Shown: positions 40,592 to 48,354 of the stretch, piece by piece
How positions within the stretch are numbered: the stretch's first letter is position 1
Layout of the letters: each line of letters begins with the position of its first letter
From: an uncultured Candidatus Saccharibacteria bacterium
GTDB lineage: Bacteria > Patescibacteriota > Minisyncoccia > Phycocordibacterales > UBA9973
Length of the DNA: 64,000 nt
Assembly: GCA_964646765.1 (NCBI GenBank)
Contig: CAZYIA010000002.1
Location: forward strand, 208,735-272,734
Direction of reading: 5' to 3'
Program-made: the position numbers and the translations under genes
Notes under the pieces: generated by a model
The model's input: only the letters and a program-made list of their open reading frames with translations
Database searches by the model: none
What the model was told of the DNA's origin: nothing

Positions 40592-41191
40592 ATGCAAAAT
40601 ATACACCCATATTCGATAAATTCGGAAGAACACAAGTATGTATCTCTCTACCTTGCAATAATATCAATATTGCTTGCATGGGGACTATATTTGTTTTCAA
40701 AAAATATCTTTTTCTTACCATGGTGGATAGAAGCTCCTTCGGTAATTGGATTTTATGGAATTTTACATAAGTGGTTCGAAACTAAGCTGTGGAGAAATAA
40801 TTTTATTCGTAAAATTGCTAGTATAAAAACTCCTATCATAGACGGAAATTGGTCTGGAACCATAACATCTCATTCAAATCATGCCAACGGTCCAATACAG
40901 ATAAAGAAATTTTGTATTAAACAAACATGGACTCATTTACTTATCTATCTAGAAACAGAGACATCAGAATCTTTCAGTTTTGAAGCGTCAATGAATGTTG
41001 ATGAGTTCGGGACGGCTCGGATACATTATCAATACAGAAACAAACCAAAAGATAATGCACCTGAAAGTATGCATATACATGAAGGATCAGCATCTGCAAA
41101 GTTAGAAGATGAAGGAGCACTTCAAACAGAATATTACTCAGGTAGAGATCGTAATAATACAGGCTCTTTTGAAGTTAAAAAGTTACAGTAA
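40592..41191 (+). CDS. CBASS effector Cap15-like (2TM + beta-barrel)
   Basis: Two N-terminal TM helices, then 'P.IDGNWSG.I', 'IKQTW', 'S.SFS', 'Y.Y.N.P', 'H.G', 'YYSGR' beta-rich domain; 2 nt after the CD-NTase. Confidence 0.85.
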   Translation: MQNIHPYSINSEEHKYVSLYLAIISILLAWGLYLFSKNIFFLPWWIEAPSVIGFYGILHKWFETKLWRNNFIRKIASIKTPIIDGNWSGTITSHSNHANGPIQIKKFCIKQTWTHLLIYLETETSESFSFEASMNVDEFGTARIHYQYRNKPKDNAPESMHIHEGSASAKLEDEGALQTEYYSGRDRNNTGSFEVKKLQ

Positions 41192-41236
41192 TCTGTAACT
41201 TTTATACTCAAACCCGTGTCACTTTTGTCACTTTTT

Positions 41237-41407
41237 ATGAATCAAGAAGATAAAAGAAATCCTAAAAATTGGACTAAAGAAGAAACCGATAGAGTGGTGG
41301 CAGTATTTCAGTGGTTATTAGATCAGGATAGAAAACAAAATCCAGATAGGTATAAACTACCAAAAGGAGCAATTTTAGATAAAGACGGAAATCAGGTAAT
41401 TTTATAG
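41237..41407 (+). CDS. Small hypothetical protein near the island end
   Basis: 56-aa ORF MNQEDKRNPKNWTKEETDRVVAVFQWLLDQDRKQNP... Confidence 0.5.
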   Translation: MNQEDKRNPKNWTKEETDRVVAVFQWLLDQDRKQNPDRYKLPKGAILDKDGNQVIL

Positions 41408-41604
41408 GTGCTCAAAGACCGTCGGAATGATAAAATAAAGATACTCAAAATGTCCTTGCAGGGCTTGACCGACCACGGTTCTGGCTCAAGGACGCCAGCT
41501 TTGAACGGAAAACTGGCAGTAGGGGAGATGACTCTGAATTTCTATAGCGGTGGACGAGAGAAGCGTACCCGCGGTCCTAGTCGCTCAATTCTATCCCACT
41601 ATTT

Positions 41605-42420
41605 ATGAAAAACCTTTCCTTTAAATCTCTCCTCCTCGATCTCATTTTCTTTATCATTAAAGAGCTCCGCGCCCTTCTCTTTGCCATTCTCTTCGTTGGG
41701 GTTCTTTTTATTTCAAATTATGTTCATATTCCAGGTTTGTATCGGTATGATTTCCTCTTTCTTGCTGCTCTACTAATCCAATTTCTGCTTGTTTTTTTTA
41801 AACTTGAAACAAAAGACGAAGCAAAAACAATTTTTCTTTTTCATCTCATTGGTTTAGCCCTTGAGTTGTTTAAAACTAGTTCAAGCGTCGGCTCATGGTC
41901 ATACCCAGAACCCGGGCTCTTAAAAATTGCTAATGTGCCGCTCTACAGTGGTTTTATGTACGCTTCTGTTGGTAGCTATATTGCTGGAGCATGGAAAACG
42001 CTCAAGCTGCGACTCGTTAATCCTCCCTCCTACGCCTTAAGTATTATTCTTTGTTTCTTTATCTATCTCAATTTTTTTACCAATCACTTTATTCCTGATC
42101 TCCGTTGGCTACTTTTTATTGCGATTATTGTCCTTTATTACCGAACAACTATTTATTTTACGCCACGAGAAAAAGAATACTGGATGCCGCTTACTCTCGG
42201 CTTTTTTCTTACCGGATTTTTTGTTTGGGTGGCTGAAAATATTGCTACCTACTTGGGGGCCTGGAAGTATCCTGGGCAAATTCATGAGTGGCACGTGGTA
42301 GGTTTTCAAAAAATTACGTCGTGGTTTCTTTTAGTTATTATTTGTTTTATCGTCGTTGCCCATTTAAAGCATATAAAAGCAACGATGGTGCAAAAAACTA
42401 CCAAAAAAGAGACGAATTAA
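41605..42420 (+). CDS. DUF817-like membrane protein
   Basis: 'RYDFL', 'ETKDE', 'FHLIGL.LELFK', 'GSWSYPE', 'VPLYSGFMY', 'AENI.T..GAW.YP.Q'. Confidence 0.85.
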   Translation: MKNLSFKSLLLDLIFFIIKELRALLFAILFVGVLFISNYVHIPGLYRYDFLFLAALLIQFLLVFFKLETKDEAKTIFLFHLIGLALELFKTSSSVGSWSYPEPGLLKIANVPLYSGFMYASVGSYIAGAWKTLKLRLVNPPSYALSIILCFFIYLNFFTNHFIPDLRWLLFIAIIVLYYRTTIYFTPREKEYWMPLTLGFFLTGFFVWVAENIATYLGAWKYPGQIHEWHVVGFQKITSWFLLVIICFIVVAHLKHIKATMVQKTTKKETN

Positions 42421-42461
42421 AAGCGTCACAGTCGAAATGTTCCTTCGTTATTTGATTTGTT

Positions 42462-43184
42462 ATGGATAACCGAACGACAACAATAGCTATATTGATTTTA
42501 ATCCTCATTCTCGCAATTGTGCTTATTTTCCAGTTTCGCCCTTCGTCTTCGGTAATAGTGGTACCGAGTGGTACTTCTACTGGCACATCAACAGGATCTG
42601 GCACCGGCTCTACAATGCCTTCATCGTTTAATCAAAGTGTTTCAGATGGCACAATTACCATTGCGTATCCTGCACAAACATTCGGTCTCGCCGTGAATGC
42701 TTCGCAAGTTCTTGTACATTCGTATATTCCTCCATGTGATGAAGGTTTTAATTACTGTGTGTATTATATTGGTACTCAATATCAAGGGACTAATTTTGAA
42801 AGCGCTGGTATTCGTGTAAAAAAGCGAACCGATCTTACCAACGAACGGCTTTGTGTAACAACACCACCCGAAGGTTTTGCAGCGACGACAGAACCGAACA
42901 ACACTATTTCTACGGATACCTATGTAAGCAGTATTTTTGCCTCGGTTGGTCAAGGTGCCGCAGGTCATACTTCTTCAGGTTCACTGTATCGTCTTTTTAT
43001 TCGGGGAACAGGTACTTGTTACGAGTTTGAAACCCGAGTCGGACAATCTCAATTTGCCAACTACCCAGCTGGATCAATTAAAGAATTCACTGTGAGTGAT
43101 CAAGAATCTGTCCTTGCTCAACTTCGAGCGATTATACAGAGTATTCGTTTCGCTGACAGTGCTAATCTCTTTCCTCAGGGATAG
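42462..43184 (+). CDS. Membrane-anchored extracellular protein, hypothetical
   Basis: N-terminal TM, S/T/G linker, Cys-containing beta-rich domain ('GAAGH'). Confidence 0.75.
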   Translation: MDNRTTTIAILILILILAIVLIFQFRPSSSVIVVPSGTSTGTSTGSGTGSTMPSSFNQSVSDGTITIAYPAQTFGLAVNASQVLVHSYIPPCDEGFNYCVYYIGTQYQGTNFESAGIRVKKRTDLTNERLCVTTPPEGFAATTEPNNTISTDTYVSSIFASVGQGAAGHTSSGSLYRLFIRGTGTCYEFETRVGQSQFANYPAGSIKEFTVSDQESVLAQLRAIIQSIRFADSANLFPQG

Positions 43185-43253
43185 AAAAAAGAACTTTTCG
43201 GTCTCTAAAATAGTGTTCACTATTTCTTCATTTTTTTCTGTATACTTTCCAGT

Positions 43254-43925
43254 ATGCGGATCTTAGTGGTGGAAGACCAGGAAAAATTGGCACTTTCCAT
43301 AAAAAAGGGCTTAGAACTGGAGAGCTTTGCGGTAGACGTTCTTCATGACGGCGCTCACGCACTTTCACAGTTGCTTTCAAATGCAGGTTTATATGATCTC
43401 TTGATTCTCGATGTCATGCTACCTGGTAAGACCGGATTTCAGATTTGCCAAGAACTTCGCAAAGAACATATTACTTTGCCAATACTTATGCTGACAGCCC
43501 TGGATAGTGTTGAGAGTAAAGTCGGGGGCCTTGATATGGGAGCTGATGATTATGTAGCGAAACCGTTTGCATTCGAAGAACTTGTAGCTCGGGTTCGGGC
43601 GCTTTTGCGCCGACCCAAGGTGACACTTACGCACGAACTTTCACTTTCTGGAATTGTGCTTGATCCGCGAGCTCATACGGTTACAAAAAAGGGTAAACTG
43701 GTTTCACTTACTCAGAAAGAGTACGCTATTCTAGAATTTCTCATGCGGCATCCAAATCAAGTACTTTCTCGTGAACAAATTGTGAATCATGTATGGGATC
43801 AAGCATTTGATTCATGGAGTAATGTGGTCGATGTGCATATAAAAAATTTGCGTAAGAAATTACAAAAAGGAAATGAAAACATTCTTGAAGCAGTACACGG
43901 AGTGGGCTACAAATTTAAAGCCTAA
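43254..43925 (+). CDS. OmpR/PhoB-family response regulator
   Basis: MRILVVED, LDVMLP, GADDYVAKPF, wHTH 'SNVVDVHIKNLRKK...GVGYK'. Confidence 0.95.
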   Translation: MRILVVEDQEKLALSIKKGLELESFAVDVLHDGAHALSQLLSNAGLYDLLILDVMLPGKTGFQICQELRKEHITLPILMLTALDSVESKVGGLDMGADDYVAKPFAFEELVARVRALLRRPKVTLTHELSLSGIVLDPRAHTVTKKGKLVSLTQKEYAILEFLMRHPNQVLSREQIVNHVWDQAFDSWSNVVDVHIKNLRKKLQKGNENILEAVHGVGYKFKA

Positions 43926-44910
43926 CGTCTTTGAAAAAACTCGACTAAAACTTACGGCGCTCTACGTGGGAACGATGGTTATTATCCTAGCTCTCTTTAG
44001 TGGCGCTCTATACAATGCAATTTCCAAAAATGTTCGGGTACGTTTAGCTGCCCGGCCAATCCCTGCATTCGGGTTGATAACCCAACCTCGAATTCCTTGG
44101 GAAATTCAAGAAGAAGTCAAGAATGAGATACTCGAAGATATTCGACGTAGCATTATGCTCCTTGATCTATGCCTCCTGGTGCTCATTGCAGGGGTAGGTT
44201 ATCTCTTAGCAGGGAAGAGTCTTGAGCCAGTACAAAAAGCATTTGAGCGCGAAAAGCGATTTGTAGCTGATGCCTCACATGATCTTCGAACACCACTTGC
44301 AACATTGCAATCAGAAATTGAAGTAGCCCTTCGTGCTAAGCCAAACAAAGAAATAGAAAAATTACTCAAAAGTAATCTTGAAGAAGTACAGCAGATGTCG
44401 ATGTTAGTAAATGACCTTCTCTTGGTTGCAAAGCTAAACGATCACGCTGCTCTTCCTATGAGTTCGTTTCATGTGCAAGAAGTTATTACTAAAGCTATCG
44501 CAAGTACCGAAAAGAAAGCCAGAGAAAAACAAATTACGCTTACTCATACTCTCGAAGACGGCATTATGCTTGGCCGTGAGAGTTTGTTGGTTAGAGCTAT
44601 CACGAACATTATTGATAATGCCGTAACATATATAGAAAAAGGAAGCGTCACGATTACCGGTATTCGAGAGAAACACCTATATCGTATTACTGTTTCAGAT
44701 ACCGGTCCGGGCATCTCAAAGAAAGATCTTCCGCATATTTTTGATCGCTTCTATCGTGGCTCAAAATCAAGAACCGATATCGGACACAGTGGGTTAGGTC
44801 TTGCGATTACCAAAGAAGCTATCCTGCTTCACCAAGGACGTATTACTATTACCAGTTCAGAAGGCGAGGGCACGGTGGCAACTATTGTGTTACCGCTTGT
44901 GGAAAAATAG
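43873..44910 (+). CDS. Sensor histidine kinase
   Basis: Two TMs, H-box DASHDLRTPL, N-box NIIDNA, DTGPGI, FDRFYRG, GLGLAI. Confidence 0.95.
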   Translation: MKTFLKQYTEWATNLKPNVFEKTRLKLTALYVGTMVIILALFSGALYNAISKNVRVRLAARPIPAFGLITQPRIPWEIQEEVKNEILEDIRRSIMLLDLCLLVLIAGVGYLLAGKSLEPVQKAFEREKRFVADASHDLRTPLATLQSEIEVALRAKPNKEIEKLLKSNLEEVQQMSMLVNDLLLVAKLNDHAALPMSSFHVQEVITKAIASTEKKAREKQITLTHTLEDGIMLGRESLLVRAITNIIDNAVTYIEKGSVTITGIREKHLYRITVSDTGPGISKKDLPHIFDRFYRGSKSRTDIGHSGLGLAITKEAILLHQGRITITSSEGEGTVATIVLPLVEK

Positions 44911-45004
44911 TTTCTTCTTCATTTTTTCTTCACTTCCACGCTCTACACTAATACTACCTTCCCGAGTCGAAGGGAAGTGTTATCAGGTAATGTTATAGCA
45001 ACTC

Positions 45005-45703
45005 ATGCATGATACAAAAGCGCTCTACGCCCTCGTGCCTCTTCTCGGCATCGGTGTAGTTCTCGGAGGTGTAACTATTGCTTCAGCGCAAGGATTTCAG
45101 GCTCATGGCTTCGGACCGAAAGGTGATCCGACAACATTCTTCCAAAATGAGGCAACTCTTTTGGGAGTGAGTGTCGACGAAGTTAAAAATGCCTGGGCAG
45201 AAGGGAAGGGCCTGCAGGCTCTTGCGAAAGAGAAAGGAATTTCTCAAGCAACTCTTCAAGCTAACATCAAAAAAGAAGCAGATGCTCGCATGAAAGAACA
45301 GCTCGCTTCTCTTGTTTCGTCAGGTAAGCTTACTCAAGCCCAAGCTGACGAGATACTTACAAATCGCGCAAAGCACGCAACCGATGAGAAAACGACGCTT
45401 GCAACTGCTCTAGGAATTACCGTTTCAGAACTTGAATCATACCAAAATGCTGGTAAAGGGGTTCAAGATATTATTACGGAAAAAGGTTTAAACAAAGAGA
45501 CCGTTATGACCTCACTCCGTGATGCTCGCCTTGCACAGGAAACGAAAGATATTGAAACTCTCGTTTCTAAGGGCGTCCTAACGCAAGACCAAGCAAACAA
45601 GCGCATTGAAACTTTAAAAAACAAAAAAGGTGACATGCCTCTTATGGGAAGAAAAATGCCGCGTGGCCGAGCCCCCGGATTTTCTTTCCGCCTAAAAAAC
45701 TAA
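45005..45703 (+). CDS. Secreted helical-repeat protein, hypothetical
   Basis: Signal peptide; duplicated 'LG(V/I)(S/T)V.E......GK.......KG' and 'LVS.G.LTQ.QA' units. Confidence 0.75.
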   Translation: MHDTKALYALVPLLGIGVVLGGVTIASAQGFQAHGFGPKGDPTTFFQNEATLLGVSVDEVKNAWAEGKGLQALAKEKGISQATLQANIKKEADARMKEQLASLVSSGKLTQAQADEILTNRAKHATDEKTTLATALGITVSELESYQNAGKGVQDIITEKGLNKETVMTSLRDARLAQETKDIETLVSKGVLTQDQANKRIETLKNKKGDMPLMGRKMPRGRAPGFSFRLKN

Positions 45704-45720
45704 AAGACCTTCTTCTCTCC

Positions 45721-45749
45721 ACAAAAGCTCCCACTATGGGAGCTTTTGT
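45721..45749 (+). terminator. Intrinsic terminator
   Basis: ACAAAAGCTCCCA-CTA-TGGGAGCTTTTGT. Confidence 0.8.
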
Positions 45750-45792
45750 TTAGTTTACGAACACGTTTATGACTTTGTGTTACACTTAGAAG

Positions 45793-46821
45793 ATGCAAAC
45801 AAAGACAATTGAAAAATACTTTTTTATCGGTTTTTTACTCATCGTAACTATTTTTACACTCATTATTTTTCGTCCATTCCTTGGGGTAATTATTGTTGGT
45901 GCCTCTCTTGCCGTAGTACTTCATCCGGTATATTCTTTTTTCCTTAAAAAGGTGACAAAACAGGTTTCTTGGGCAGCCGCACTCCTTTCCCTTATTGTGT
46001 TTTTAGTGCTCGTATGTGGGCCTCTTGTGGGGATTGGAGCACTCGTTGTACGTCAATCACAGGACGCGTACTTCTCGTTTATTGATACCGGCACAACGAG
46101 TCCATTTTTGAATAAAATTGGAGAATCAGTTAATCACTACCTTCCTCGTAGCTTCCAAGTTGATTCTGAAGAAGTTGCTAATAACTTCCTCGCTCTTCTC
46201 TCGCGTAATATTGCAGGAATATTTACGGCTACTGTCGGAACAGTGGTGTCGTTTTTCCTCGTTGTTCTTTCGATGTTCTACTTTTTGAAAGATGGTGATC
46301 ATTGGCGTCGCTCGCTCATTATTGTTTCACCTCTTGCAGATACTGATGATGAAAAAATTCTCAACAAATTAGCCCTTGCCATAAATGGTGTGCTCAAAGG
46401 CTATCTCTTTATTGCTCTCTCACAAGGAATTTTAATGGGGATAGGTTTAGCAATTTTTGGAGTTCCTCATCCAGCTCTTTGGGGAGTGCTGACAGCCTTT
46501 GCTTCGTTTATCCCTACTATTGGTACTGGACTCATTGCAATTCCAGCAGCGCTCTACCTTATTAACACTGGTTCAATTGGGGCTGCGGTTGGCTTTGTTA
46601 TTTGGGCAGTCGTTATTGTTGGATTAATAGATAATTTAATTCGTCCACTTATTGTTGGTCACAGTACTGATGTTCCTGCACTCCTCGTTCTTTTCTCGGT
46701 ATTGGGTGGTATATCGCTTATGGGACCAGTTGGGGTTCTTATTGGTCCTTTAACGGTAAGCCTGCTCTATGCCTTAGTTTCTATTTATCGCACCAGTTTT
46801 CATGTTACGTCAGAGAATTAA
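45793..46821 (+). CDS. AI-2E (UPF0118/PerM) family transporter
   Basis: 'FYFLKDG', 'SFIP.IG', 'DNLIRP', 'GG....GPVG.LIGP'. Confidence 0.9.
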   Translation: MQTKTIEKYFFIGFLLIVTIFTLIIFRPFLGVIIVGASLAVVLHPVYSFFLKKVTKQVSWAAALLSLIVFLVLVCGPLVGIGALVVRQSQDAYFSFIDTGTTSPFLNKIGESVNHYLPRSFQVDSEEVANNFLALLSRNIAGIFTATVGTVVSFFLVVLSMFYFLKDGDHWRRSLIIVSPLADTDDEKILNKLALAINGVLKGYLFIALSQGILMGIGLAIFGVPHPALWGVLTAFASFIPTIGTGLIAIPAALYLINTGSIGAAVGFVIWAVVIVGLIDNLIRPLIVGHSTDVPALLVLFSVLGGISLMGPVGVLIGPLTVSLLYALVSIYRTSFHVTSEN

Positions 46822-46913
46822 AAAGGGTTTTCGTCAAGTCATGACTTTCTTTTTCGATCGTCTAATAATAGGAAGGGCATAGACCCTTTTTAGTTAGTAG
46901 TTAATACAAACAT

Positions 46914-47762
46914 ATGAAAAAAATAGTACAAATTATCTTTTCCGCTATTGTAATTGCCCTCTTTGCTTTTAGTACTTCTGCCCAAGCTGCTCTCGGCGTT
47001 TCTGTTGGGGCTCAGTCATCAGGAAATACGCAGGCAGGAGGAGACCGAAATGGTACCCGAGTAGAAGGCCAGGGCAACCTTGATGTATCTATTTCAGGTT
47101 CTAAAGATGACCAGTCTGAAAATACTTCTAGTAGTGATGATTCAAATACTACGGTAACTTCTTCAACACAGGAAGAATCAGATGCTTCAGTTGCTGTTGG
47201 TTCGGTAATGGTCGTTCGCAGTAAGGCGATGAAAGAAACTGCAATGCCTATGAAGGATCCAAGTACCGTTTCAAATCGTTCTGACCTCGAATCATTTATT
47301 ACGGCTTCAGCTCAGAATGATGAAAACTTCCAATCAGCAAGTTCAAGTAATGATGAAGTTTCTCTTCGTTATAAGGAACCAGCTAAACTCTTTGGTTTTC
47401 TCCCGATTTCATTGAGTACCAATGTTAAGGCTGATGCCAATGGTAACGTTAAAGTACATTACCCTTGGTACCGCTTCTTAGTAGCACTTCAAGATTCAGA
47501 TTTACAGTCAAAGATTGAGGCTAAGGTTAACGCGGTCCTCCTCGCAAACGGTGCAAAAGATACTTCTGCAGAATTCTCAGCTTCGACTCAAGCACATCTC
47601 ATCAACGATATTCGTGAGGCACTTCATGAAAGTTATCAGAATATCAAGAACCCAAATGCTAAAGCTAATGCTGACGTAAACGCTTCGGCAAGTGGCACCT
47701 ATGAGAGTGGTAATCTTGATGCGCAAAACGAAACAGATGCTAGCGCAAATGCTGCTCGCTAA
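46914..47762 (+). CDS. Secreted protein, hypothetical
   Basis: Signal peptide, low-complexity Ser-rich region, 'Y..PAKLFGFLP...V.YPWY.FL'. Confidence 0.75.
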   Translation: MKKIVQIIFSAIVIALFAFSTSAQAALGVSVGAQSSGNTQAGGDRNGTRVEGQGNLDVSISGSKDDQSENTSSSDDSNTTVTSSTQEESDASVAVGSVMVVRSKAMKETAMPMKDPSTVSNRSDLESFITASAQNDENFQSASSSNDEVSLRYKEPAKLFGFLPISLSTNVKADANGNVKVHYPWYRFLVALQDSDLQSKIEAKVNAVLLANGAKDTSAEFSASTQAHLINDIREALHESYQNIKNPNAKANADVNASASGTYESGNLDAQNETDASANAAR

Positions 47763-47775
47763 ATAAAATATTTCC

Positions 47776-47803
47776 ACAAAAAGCGCCGGAAGGCGCTTTT
47801 TGT
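47776..47803 (+). terminator. Intrinsic terminator
   Basis: ACAAAAAGCGCC-GGAA-GGCGCTTTTTGT. Confidence 0.8.
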
Positions 47804-47824
47804 TTTTGCTATACTAAGCCTCCC

Positions 47825-48322
47825 ATGAACTACGAATCATTTTGTGTAGACGCACAGAGAGCTCTAGAAGAAGTAGAAACTTTCCTCACGAACAATGCTA
47901 TCTCTTCACTTACTCCTGACCATCTCTGTTATAAATGTGCTTCACACGATGAGTTTCTCTCTATTCGAACGATGCTGGAAAAAGAAAGTGTTTATTTATA
48001 CGAATCGTGGATTTCTGGTCGGCTAATTGCGGTTTTAAAACTACAACAGCCACTTGAAACATCATTCGGGACTATTGCCTATATAGAACTCCAGGATAAA
48101 AAACAAGGAAGCGGGACAATATCTGGATTCACACATATTGAGTTTTTTCCAAAAGATGGCAATTATGATGCCGCGCTTAAGGTATTAGTCTCGCGCGGTT
48201 TAGATGTGATTGCCGATCCAACCCCGCATCACCCAATTCATGAAATTAAGCTCTCAGATAAATTTGTTTTTCGTCTTGAGCATGAACCAGTGATCAATAA
48301 AATTAAGCGAGAAGAGCTGTAA
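47825..48322 (+). CDS. VOC/YecM-like metalloprotein
   Basis: DHLCYKC, ISGRLI, IEL, GFTHIE. Confidence 0.75.
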   Translation: MNYESFCVDAQRALEEVETFLTNNAISSLTPDHLCYKCASHDEFLSIRTMLEKESVYLYESWISGRLIAVLKLQQPLETSFGTIAYIELQDKKQGSGTISGFTHIEFFPKDGNYDAALKVLVSRGLDVIADPTPHHPIHEIKLSDKFVFRLEHEPVINKIKREEL

Positions 48323-48354
48323 AAGCCTATCAGGAGCTGTGTTACAGTAAGAGT

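Larger units (their letters stand above)
26630..41582. mobile_element. ~15 kb integrative element / phage-satellite-like defence island in tRNA-Gln
   Basis: Direct repeats ATGACTCTGAAT (26630-26641 / 41528-41539) and GTCCTAGTC (26660-26668 / 41574-41582); serine recombinase, terminase and defence genes inside; visibly more AT-rich than the flanks. Confidence 0.8.

Noticed and set aside
26630-41582. Complete prophage
   Set aside because: No capsid, portal, tail, lysis or replication genes between the boundaries
41408-41608. 66-aa GTG-start ORF spanning the island's right boundary
   Set aside because: Crosses the att-like remnant and hairpins with no recognisable protein features; more likely non-coding
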